From assembly GCF_006345805.1 (NCBI RefSeq), contig NC_042997.1, positions 69,006,001 to 69,070,000 on the forward strand: 64,000 nucleotides of DNA, given 5' to 3'. Shown here piece by piece: positions 12,260 through 22,639 of this stretch (its first letter is position 1; every line of letters starts with the position of its first letter). A program made the translations under genes and the position numbers. This stretch comes from Octopus sinensis (taxonomy: Eukaryota). The notes beneath the pieces are model-generated. The model searched no databases. It saw nothing but the letters and a program-made list of their open reading frames with translations, and was not told the DNA's origin.

Positions 12260-13430
12260 CTTCGAGATCAATTCCCTACTATTTCTGACGGACTATGTGG
12301 GCCGACGTTCTGTTTGCGATCCAGACGTCCAATAACCGCGAACTAGAACGACTAGAAAAAGAATCAGATATATATTTTTTAAATATGGGCCTTAGCATCT
12401 CTTTTAGTTCCAGTATTTAACCTACTAATTTCTTAGATGTCGTTCTAGCTTTACAAAACAACACATACTATCCAAACCATTAACCTGGGAAGAACCTTAA
12501 CTACGTTAGCTTTTCTTCATATTACCCACTATCTGTCATAAAATCCATCATAAACAGCGAATATTATCCGCCAGTAAAGAAATTTTCGAGCAATACGCTG
12601 AATATTACAATTGCGCCCTACAATGCACCGGATATAAAACTCCGCATGATTACTTCTCTATATGGAATGATCGTTTCTTCACCGAACCTGGCATCATAGA
12701 TACCACTGCCCCTTTCGATAAAATCCGAAGTATCCCCAGTATTCCACCCTTCACCTATACTCACACATTTAACCTTAGAAGGAAACCTAATAGGCACCCA
12801 TTCGACCCTGTGATCCTAGATCCCGATCCGCCGCTGCCCATCGAAATCTACACAAGACCGCACCTCCGTGCCCCAAGCTATACTTGGGTAAGCCTGTCAA
12901 ACGGAATAAGCGGACCAGCACACGCGGCGTAATCTGGTTCCACCCACCCTTTGCCCTTAATATTCAGACCAGATTACCAAAGCTCTTCTTTATCCAATTT
13001 GATAAACATTTTCCTAGGTCCAGTTCCCTTCGAAAAATCTTCAACCCCCAATCAATCAAATTTTCCTACTCAACCACAACTAACATAACCGCTTTAATCC
13101 GACATCTGAACAATAAGAAACTTGGTAACAAGCAATTAGTTAACTTTAATCATGATAACGCAACTCACTCTAACTTCCATTACCCCACCTTTAATCCTAA
13201 GATATCCTTAAACCTCCTTACCAATACCGACCTTCACACTACTAACCGTAATCCTAAATTTCTACCCTTCCAAACCCGCTATACCCACTACCGAAATAGG
13301 CAATGATTGAAATAATATTAGATAGGAGGACTTTTACAACCTACTTCCCTCGGACGACTCCCTCACTAGCCTAAAAAATCTTAATCCTAACGCCGCGGCA
13401 TATAATATATGTAATACCAGGTTAACTCCA
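12260..13430 (+). pseudogene. Decayed YRDD-type PLE (RT C-terminus, linker, partial GIY-YIG)
   Basis: MGLSISF..TNFLDVVLALQNNTYYP..PGKNLNYVSFSSYYP and RGVIWFHPPFALNIQT..FDKHFP..LRKIFNPQSIKFSYSTTTNI..HLNNKKL align with the 57466 ORF; stops and frameshifts. Confidence 0.85.
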
Positions 13431-13813
13431 TATAATCAAAACCCTGAAAATTTCACTTTACACCTTCTAGAATCCAGTGCCTCACAAAAAATGTTGAATA
13501 TAAATTACGGTATTAAGTAAGAATTTCAATTATGTAAACATTGGATCGTGCAGCACCACATTCAAGTTCAGAGTCGGTAACCATTATTCTAGCTTCAAAT
13601 CTCAAGTAAGAATTAACAGCACTCCTTTATATATAAGCTTTATCATAGCTTATTGATAACCTTATATATAAACTTTATCATAGCTTATTGATAACCTAAA
13701 ACAAAACTCAATTCTATACAATTTATAATGGTCCATACTTACTCATGCCAAACTATATAACGGTTATAACAAATGCGATCTCTACATCGCAAAAAAATAC
13801 AATTATACAATTA

Positions 13814-14282
13814 GCTACGGTGATGTGTAAAATACTCGCTTCTGTTTGGCTAAAACACCTAACATTTGCAAATTTCGTCAGTTTACAATTATCTTAAATG
13901 TATTTAATGTATCATACAGATGTCATTTTTGACGCTGAATCCGAATTTGTTATTTATTTATTCCAGTAAAATTTTTCAAAAATGTTACATTTGTTCAAAG
14001 TTTGATAAATTCCAGAATTTCCAGTCAGTCAAAAAACAACGCGTTTGCTGCCTCTTCCTTCACTAATGGTAGTGGTGATGGTTAAGGGGGTCATCGTCAT
14101 GTCAAAACATTCCTAGAAATAACTGACAAAACATTAACATACACACGAATGTCGTTTACATTATGACATTGACGAGCAGAGATGAAACGCATCTTTGGTT
14201 ATTATGGAAACAAAGTTTTTCGCTACGGTGATGTGTAAAATACTCGCTTCTGATGGCTAAAACACTCAACTTTTGCAAATTT
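13814..14282 (+). repeat. Two ~62-bp direct repeats (13814-13875, 14222-14282), possibly a DNA-transposon relic
   Basis: GCTACGGTGATGTGTAAAATACTCGCTTCTG duplicated; GACGCTGAATCCGAA between the copies resembles Tc1/mariner subterminal motifs. Confidence 0.5.
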
Positions 14283-14741
14283 TAAAGACTAATACATTTT
14301 TAATTATGGATTTATATGAAAAATGAATTTCATTTTCATAATTTGTGTACAAAACTTAATCCATATACCAAATTTGAAAACAATTGGAGCAAAATTGTCA
14401 ACAGTGACGAAAACCACAAAGATCCCAAAGTAGTTGTTTGATTCTTACGTTTGGTGCATATAATTGAAAATCTTAGCCGCTAAGTCATTCATGAATTGAT
14501 TGATGAGTGCTATTTTCCGTCGCAAGCATACGAGTGGAGGTGCACTACATTGTTATTAGTATACACATACATACACACACACGTGTATATATATATATAT
14601 ATATATATATGGAATCGGCGGCTTATATTTATTTGCTGCCGATAAATTTGGCGCGAGTGCGACGATTTGAAAATTTTAGGTCAGATATTGGCGAGGCATG
14701 GACGTGAATGCCTCGTGAAAAATATCTGTTCCGATTTGGCT

Positions 14742-14848
14742 ATTCCTTACTGATGAATCTAAGGGCCTATGGTAGATTGGCTTGATTTAATTTAATCAGG
14801 ATAGTTTACCATTAAACAGTAGACGAAACGGTGCATCGTATAAGGAAT
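14742..14848 (+). ncRNA. Type I HHR, copy 1 (predicted cleavage after 14840)
   Basis: ATTCCTTA-CTGATGA-A-TCTA..TAGA-C-GAAAC-G-GTGCAT-C-GTA-TAAGGAAT; perfect 8-bp stem I, GUA triplet. Confidence 0.85.
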
Positions 14849-15231
14849 TTCAGGGTAAATGTTTTTTTAATTTTCTCCTGGTTTACAGAATTAATGTTAT
14901 TTTGCGGTTGAAGCTTTTTGGCTGTTATTTCTAGTGGGTGAATGGCCTATTATGGCCGTTCCTTGATTGTGATATTGAACTTAAAAATGGTTTATGACTA
15001 TTTAATTTTTTCCCACTAGGCCGCTGGGGGCAAAAGAATTCTACAAAATTTTTTTGCCTCCCTATATTGATTAATTATGAATTTTCTGGTTAGTTCCGTA
15101 ATGGAATCGGCGGCTTATATTTATTTGCTGCCGATAATTTGGCGCGAGTGCGACGATTTGAAAATTTTAGGTCAGATATTGGCGAGGCATGGACGTGAAT
15201 GCCTCGTGAAAAAATCTGTTCCGATTTGGCT

Positions 15232-15338
15232 ATTCCTTACTGATGAATCTAAGGGCCTATGGTAGATTGGCTTGATTTAATTTAATCAGGATAGTTTACC
15301 ATTAAACAGTAGACGAAACGGTGCATCGTATAAGGAAT
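15232..15338 (+). ncRNA. Type I HHR, copy 2 (cleavage after 15330)
   Basis: Same sequence as copy 1. Confidence 0.85.
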
Positions 15339-15722
15339 TTCAGGGTAAATGTTTTTTTAATTTTCTCCTGGTTTACAGAATTAATGTTATTTTGCGGTTG
15401 AAGCTTTTTGGCTGTTATTTCTAGTGGGTGAATGGCCTATTATGGCCGTTCCTTGATTGTGATATTGAACTTAAAAATGGTTTATGACTATTTAATTTTT
15501 TCCCACTAGGCCGCTGGGGGCAAAAGAATTCTACAAAATTTTTTTGCCTCCCTATATTGATTAATTATGAATTTTCTGGTTAGTTCCGTAATGGAATCGG
15601 CGGCTTATATTATTTGCTGCCGATAAATTTGGCGCGAGTGCGACGATTTGAAAATTTTAGGTCAGATATTGGCGAGGCATGGACGTGAATGCCTCGTGAA
15701 AAATATCTGTTCCGATTTGGCT

Positions 15723-15829
15723 ATTCCTTACTGATGAATCTAAGGGCCTATGGTAGATTGGCTTGATTTAATTTAATCAGGATAGTTTACCATTAAACAG
15801 TAGACGAAACGGTGCATCGTATAAGGAAT
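15723..15829 (+). ncRNA. Type I HHR, copy 3 (cleavage after 15821)
   Basis: Same sequence as copy 1. Confidence 0.85.
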
Positions 15830-16214
15830 TTCAGGGTAAATGTTTTTTTAATTTTCTCCTGGTTTACAGAATTAATGTTATTTTGCGGTTGAAGCTTTTT
15901 GGCTGTTATTTCTAGTGGGTGAATGGCCTATTATGGCCGTTCCTTGATTGTGATATTGAACTTAAAAATGGTTTATGACTATTTAATTTTTTCCCACTAG
16001 GCCGCTGGGGGCAAAAGAATTCTACAAAATTTTTTTGCCTCCCTATATTGATTAATTATGAATTTTCTGGTTAGTTCCGTAATGGAATCGGCGGCTTATA
16101 TTTATTTGCTGCCGATAAATTTGGCGCGAGTGCGACGATTTGAAAATTTTAGGTCAGATATTGGCGAGGCATGGACGTGAATGCCTCGTGAAAAATATCT
16201 GTTCCGATTTGGCT

Positions 16215-16319
16215 ATCCTTACTGATGAATCTAGGGCCTATGGTAGATTGGCTTGATTTAATTTAATCAGGATAGTTTACCATTAAACAGTAGACGAAAC
16301 GGTGCATCGTATAAGGAAT
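16215..16319 (+). ncRNA. Type I HHR, copy 4 (cleavage after 16311)
   Basis: As copy 1 with two single-base deletions, possibly read errors. Confidence 0.75.
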
Positions 16320-16704
16320 TTCAGGGTAAATGTTTTTTTAATTTTCTCCTGGTTTACAGAATTAATGTTATTTTGCGGTTGAAGCTTTTTGGCTGTTATT
16401 TCTAGTGGGTGAATGGCCTATTATGGCCGTTCCTTGATTGTGATATTGAACTTAAAAATGGTTTATGACTATTTAATTTTTTCCCACTAGGCCGCTGGGG
16501 GCAAAAGAATTCTACAAAATTTTTTTGCCTCCCTATATTGATTAATTATGAATTTTCTGGTTAGTTCCGTAATGGAATCGGCGGCTTATATTTATTTGCT
16601 GCCGATAAATTTGGCGCGAGTGCGACGATTTGAAAATTTTAGGTCAGATATTGGCGAGGCATGGACGTGAATGCCTCGTGAAAAATATCTGTTCCGATTT
16701 GGCT

Positions 16705-16811
16705 ATTCCTTACTGATGAATCTAAGGGCCTATGGTAGATTGGCTTGATTTAATTTAATCAGGATAGTTTACCATTAAACAGTAGACGAAACGGTGCATC
16801 GTATAAGGAAT
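16705..16811 (+). ncRNA. Type I HHR, copy 5 (cleavage after 16803)
   Basis: Same sequence as copy 1. Confidence 0.85.
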
Positions 16812-17195
16812 TTCAGGGTAAATGTTTTTTTAATTTTCTCCTGGTTTACAGAATTAATGTTATTTTGCGGTTGAAGCTTTTTGGCTGTTATTTCTAGTGG
16901 GTGAATGGCCTATTATGGCCGTTCCTTGATTGTGATATTGAACTTAAAAATGGTTTATGACTATTTAATTTTTTCCCACTAGGCCGCTGGGGGCAAAGGA
17001 ATTCTACAAAATTTTTTTGCCTCCCTATATTGATTAATTATGAATTTTCTGGTTAGTTCCGTAATGGAATCGGCGGCTTATATTATTTGCTGCCGATAAA
17101 TTTGGCGCGAGTGCGACGATTTGAAAATTTTAGGTCAGATATTGGCGAGGCATGGACGTGAATGCCTCGTGAAAAATATCTGTTCCGATTTGGCT

Positions 17196-17302
17196 ATTCC
17201 TTACTGATGAATCTAAGGGCCTATGGTAGATTGGCTTGATTTAATTTAATCAGGATAGTTTACCATTAAACAGTAGACGAAACGGTGCATCGTATAAGGA
17301 AT
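17196..17302 (+). ncRNA. Type I HHR, copy 6 (cleavage after 17294)
   Basis: Same sequence as copy 1. Confidence 0.85.
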
Positions 17303-17685
17303 TTCAGGGTAAATGTTTTTTAATTTTCTCCTGGTTTACAGAATTAATGTTATTTTGCGGTTGAAGCTTTTTGGCTGTTATTTCTAGTGGGTGAATGGCC
17401 TATTATGGCCGTTCCTTGATTGTGATATTGAACTTAAAAATGGTTTATGACTATTTAATTTTTTCCCACTAGGCCGCTGGGGGCAAAAGAATTCTACAAA
17501 ATTTTTTGCCTCCCTATATTGATTAATTATGAATTTTCTGGTTAGTTCCGTAATGGAATCGGCGGCTTATATTTATTTGCTGCCGATAAATTTGGCGCGA
17601 GTGCGACGATTTGAAAATTTTAGGTCAGATATTGGCGAGGCATGGACGTGAATGCCTCGTGAAAAATATCTGTTCCGATTTGGCT

Positions 17686-17792
17686 ATTCCTTACTGATGA
17701 ATCTAAGGGCCTATGGTAGATTGGCTTGATTTAATTTAATCAGGATAGTTTACCATTAAACAGTAGACGAAACGGTGCATCGTATAAGGAAT
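17686..17792 (+). ncRNA. Type I HHR, copy 7 (cleavage after 17784)
   Basis: Same sequence as copy 1. Confidence 0.85.
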
Positions 17793-17916
17793 TTCAGGGT
17801 AAATGTTTTTTTAATTTTCTCCTGGTTTACAGAATTAATGTTATTTTGCGGTTGAAGCTTTTTGGCTGTATTTCTAGTGGTGGGAATGGCCTATTATGGC
17901 CGTTCCTTGATTGTGA

Positions 17917-17948
<32 letters not shown>

Positions 17949-18567
17949 GCATCTAATGTGAGAATCAAGTCAATGAATCTCCGCTGGTAAAAATCATCCG
18001 GAATAGGTAAGTGTGGGAGTGCATCAAAGACGATATCAAACGATGGACTTGAAACAAGGCACTGGCTGGTTGTCTGCATAAACCAGAAGACATGAAAGTG
18101 AAGAGTCTTAGAAAGCGAACTCTTGGACATTCGAAGGTAACTCGGCTGAAGACTAATACATATTCACATATGTACTTATGATATATAAGGTTCTAGTTTG
18201 TGACAGTTAGGTAGTAGGTTGATATGCCGGAAGTTAACAAGGAAGAAAAGTAGTGGGGAGAATAATGGGGTTCTGTTATGCAATCACTAATATGTTCGCT
18301 TGGCAAGCGTTACGAAATTCATCTTTCGTATTTGCTATTTCTGTCTCAGTTTGGAGCGTATAATATCTAATATAATTTTACATTTTAATCCAATGTTTCC
18401 AATCGTTGTCAGCACTTAAAACTATGCATATTTGAAGCCAAGGAATGAATACAAACACAATTATTAAATTATATTGTGTAAGTGAGGGAAAAGACTAAGA
18501 AAAATAATTGTTGTTTGGTAGCCGACTAGTCTGCAAAAATAAAATGAAATTAAATGATGATAATATC

Positions 18568-18612
<45 letters not shown>

Positions 18613-19267
18613 GTATGTATGTATATATAAGTGTGTGTGTGTGAGTGTGTGTGTATTTATGTACGTGTGTATTTATGAACGTGTGTATGTTTATGTATGT
18701 ATGTATTGTGTGCGTGTGTGTAAGCAAAGTGAGTAATACGATCCGTAAAATTGGATTCTACTTTGCTTTAATCAGATAGATGCAATCGGCAATAAAACAT
18801 ATTAAACGCTGGCAATAACATTGGTTTGAAAGATAAAAATTCACTACTATTTTACAAACAATTTTACACGCAATAAATATGTGACTTTTGGGTGGTGGAT
18901 TGCCAGGAACTTTGGAACGTCTGACAAAACGCCATACGGTGTTTAGCTATGTCTCTCTACTTTCTGACATGAAATCTCACTGGGATGGATTTTGAATTCC
19001 ATGATTCTGGTCTTCATGAAAGTAGGTATCTGTTAACTATTGGTGTAATGGCCCTATGTTAGAAATAAATAAAGACAGAAGAAAAAAAGAAAAAGAAATA
19101 GCTTTTGGGACGTCAATTGCTTGACTCCTTTTCGAATCCTGGCGAAAGTAATTCTATATTAACAAGACGTTAAAATCTATGAAAATGTTGCTTCTTTTGA
19201 AGTAACTATTAGAGAGATATATTTAGTGTGTGTATAGGGAAGAATAAACTAATATTTGTTTCAAATT

Positions 19268-19440
19268 TTGGCACAAAGCCACTAATTTCGGGAGAGTGGG
19301 GTAAGTTGATTACAACGACCTTGGTATTCAAGTGGTACTTATTTTATCCATCTCGAAAGGATAAAAGGCAAAGCCGACCTCGGCAGCATTTGAACTCAGA
19401 ATGTAAATATGCTGGAAATGCCAAACATTTTGCTCGGTGT
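19268..19440 (+). mobile_element. SINE fragment, family A
   Basis: GTGGTACTTATTTTATCCATCTCGAAAGGATAAAAGGCAAAGCCGACCTCGGCAGCATTTGAACTCAGAATG, homologous to 1880-2055. Confidence 0.75.
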
Positions 19441-19849
19441 GTGTTTCTGTCATACTCAAATTTAGAAAACAAACCTCTAAAGTTAGAAATGTATTGTTTT
19501 TCTTGTGCAGATGAGCTATCATGAATTTTTTAAATCAAATTCACATTTGATATTTCAAAACGTTGATATGACATTCGCTTTTGCTTTAATGGTTCTGAAA
19601 ATGGTGATTGGTACTTCTCCTTTATCATCCTTCAGTTGATATTTTTTATTTGTCCTTCACTATGGAATAATTAAAGCAACATTAAATCTTGGTACCTGAG
19701 ATTAATCGCAGAATGTTCATATTATAGTTACCATTGTCATTGTCGCACGCCTCGCACCGCTTAAAGATAGTTACCATCTTGTATTTATGGAAATTTGCGT
19801 AAACTGTTTGAAAAGTTCATTCTCCTGTTGATGCAACAAAGTTTCAGCT

Positions 19850-19975
19850 GAACTGACTGAACCAATGTGAAATGAAGTGCCTTGCTCAAGAACAGAATAT
19901 GGTGACTGATTCTAGAATCAAATCCATGTCCTCACCATCGGACAATCCAACAGTCTAACCACTAGACCACGCTCA
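19850..19975 (-). mobile_element. Decayed tRNA-derived SINE head
   Basis: Minus strand begins GTGGTCTAGTGGTTAGACTG (A-box-like); CTTGAGCAAGGCACTT segment downstream. Confidence 0.5.
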
Positions 19976-20240
19976 TTCATCCAGTTTAATACTTCTTTTT
20001 ATGGCTTAGTCAAATGAAAGAGGTACTGGGCTATAACCTTGGAAGTCTTGTCTCATAATTGTACGTCTGTAGGAGATAGGCATATGAAGTGATGTGGTTA
20101 AAAATGTGCACTTTGGGAGATAACTATGGGTGATTTATAGTCGAAGTGTCAAGAGACGTGCAGACGAGTGTTTGACGTGAGCGTGAGGACGAAATTTTTT
20201 TACGTATCTCATAAGCTCCTGAGGTATTTATGCATATACA

Positions 20241-20352
<112 letters not shown>

Positions 20353-20382
20353 CATACATACATACATACATATATATGTATA

Positions 20383-20927
20383 TGGTGGCTGCCCCCTCGT
20401 TATCGAGTATGGCCATTGCGCGAAGCTTAATCAATGTTGTTATCGTGCAATGCCTGTGCAAGAAGATTTTTTTTAAAGTGAGGAAAGGCTGTGCACTGAG
20501 TCAATCCCACTCACTAAGCAACAGGAGCCATAATCCTAAAAGAAGAACAAGTCAACATCATCGGTAACCACTGAGCCGAAGGTTTTATGTCGGAGTTATC
20601 CCAGTTACCAGAGTTACCTTCTCCCAGAAGGATGCCCTAACAAAGGCTAGGAGTCCTTCACTCCCAATGGTTTAACCGCGCGATCGGGGTATTCAGTCCG
20701 ATTATTTCTATGTCCCCGCGTATGATACAGCCTTAAGACATTTATTGGATGGCCGTTGACTCTTAAGAGTTCCTCCGCCCTTTGACGGGCTTTGTTTTTC
20801 ATCCCGCAGGGTGTCCAATAAACATCCTCCTCACCAAGCAAGCTTGGTGGGGTTGCCGGTTTAGTCGCCGACGACCCAACTATGCAACAGGTTGTACTGG
20901 GTTACATGTTACCAGTAGCACTCGAAA

Positions 20928-20928
<1 letters not shown>
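20383..20928 (+). mobile_element. ~545-bp GC-richer insert in (TA)n, possibly an RTE 5' UTR-like repeat
   Basis: Sharp boundaries with (TA)n; GGTGGGGTTGCCGGTTTAGTCGCCG recalls RTE 5' regions (from memory, unverified). Confidence 0.4.
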
Positions 20929-20959
<31 letters not shown>

Positions 20960-21002
20960 CTATATAATATATTATAACTAATATATATATATAGTTATAT
21001 TA

Positions 21003-21740
21003 TGCCATGTACATGCCAGAAATATACGTCAAATGACTCTAGGAACCACTTCAAAATACATTCGAAAGTTGAGGAAAGGAATAAAAGAGATTTAGTAAAA
21101 TTTTTTAAGGTTAATTTTAGATCATGTGATTTCTGCTTTAGTAATACGATTACTTTGCTGTCATCAGTAGAATATACCAAAAGCATATAAATGTAAATAT
21201 ATACATACATACCCATACACATATATATGAATATATACTCATACATATATTTACACGCACATACGAGGCAGATCCGATTATATATCTCAACTAAGTACGT
21301 ATATATTAATTTTTACCTATATGGTTTTCTTACACGCTGGCCACTGCAAAAATCTTAATTGATTTTATTCTTAATTATGTATGCATATATATTTATTTAT
21401 TTACTCCGATCCTGATATTTACTGCGGTATGATCAAATATGCACGCTGTTGAGGTGAATCAGATTTGCCTAGTATATATGTGTGAATATATGTATGTATA
21501 GGTATATATATACGGATGTATTTGTACGGGTATGTATCCATATTTACATTTATATACTTTTGGTATATTCCACTGAAGTCGGTATTACCAAACCAGAAAT
21601 CGGAAAATCAAAAATTAACCTCAAAAGATTTTTACTAAATCTCTTTTATTCATTTCCTCGCTTTCAATATTCTGCTAATTGAGTGTATTTTGAAGTGATT
21701 TTTAGTGTAATTTGACGTCTATCTCTAGCATGTAGGTGAT
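21003..21740. mobile_element. Older fold-back element (arms ~21003-21310 / ~21440-21740) with a decayed HHR at 21128-21173 (-)
   Basis: Reverse complement of 21003-21200 aligns with 21541-21740 (TTTTACTAAATCTCTTTTATTC, GTATTTTGAAGTG); minus CTGATGA-CA-GC..AGTAAT-CGT-ATTACT..GC-A-GAAAT. Confidence 0.8.
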
Positions 21741-21792
21741 GTTTTCTCAGAATGCTTAATTATAATGATATTTATATATATATATATATATA

Positions 21793-21824
<32 letters not shown>

Positions 21825-21865
21825 ATCTATCTATATATCTATCTATCAATTTATCTATCTATCTA

Positions 21866-21912
<47 letters not shown>

Positions 21913-21940
21913 TATATATATATACGTAAATACACACACA

Positions 21941-21976
<36 letters not shown>

Positions 21977-21982
21977 ACACAC

Positions 21983-22047
<65 letters not shown>

Positions 22048-22275
22048 ATAAGTTGATAGGTAGGTATGGTCACAAATATATACTTAATAAGAAAGTTTAA
22101 TTAAAAGATCATGAAAAAATACTTCATACCACTGAAAATAAATTTAAAATAATTCAAAAATGCACTAGAATTTCAACTTTATATACTTTCTAAGTATAAT
22201 ATCCATCAATGTTTGCGTATAGTTTTAATGTAAAGTATATATGTAAAATATATATAGTATATATATATATGTAAA

Positions 22276-22341
<66 letters not shown>

Positions 22342-22639
22342 TATATATGTAAAGTATAAAGTATATATATATATATATAATATTAGTTTTTAAGCATGAT
22401 TATTTTCATGGTCACCAAATGGTTGTATGTTTCATTAACTAATTTTACGAAATTAAAAACAAGCTATTGGTGATTTATTGTCGAATTCATGTTTTACACA
22501 TGAATTAAATTTTCACATGATATGCACATCATTTTTTAATCATGATTTTGAATGCAAACACATTCATGGTTAATAATCATTTTGTTCTTAAATTCTATAA
22601 AATGCTTCTGCCTATTTTAATAAAAACTAAAACAAAATA

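Larger units (their letters stand above)
14609..17919 (+). mobile_element. Retrozyme-like tandem array: ~6.7 head-to-tail copies of a 492-bp unit, each with a type I HHR
   Basis: Units start at 14609, 15101, 15591, 16082, 16572, 17064, 17553; differences are almost all single-base deletions; (TA)n on both flanks; no long ORF. Confidence 0.9.

Noticed and set aside
13634-13698. ~36-bp tandem duplication (CTTTATCATAGCTTATTGATAACCT twice)
   Set aside because: Ordinary local slippage duplication
14609-14707. Short ORF MESAAYIYLLPINLARVRRFENFRSDIGEAWT in each unit
   Set aside because: 32-40 codons, no recognisable motif, overlaps paired helices; no evidence of coding
14609-17919. CRISPR array or ordinary satellite DNA
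   Set aside because: No unique spacers, no cas genes, eukaryotic context; each unit holds a complete HHR and the short array sits in (TA)n like a single insertion
17950-18140. Possible RT fragment (PSFDIVFDAL..PDDF on minus)
   Set aside because: Similarity too weak to support
20383-20480. HDV-like ribozyme at the start of the putative RTE 5' UTR
   Set aside because: Could not assemble the P1-P4 double pseudoknot by eye; needs a descriptor search
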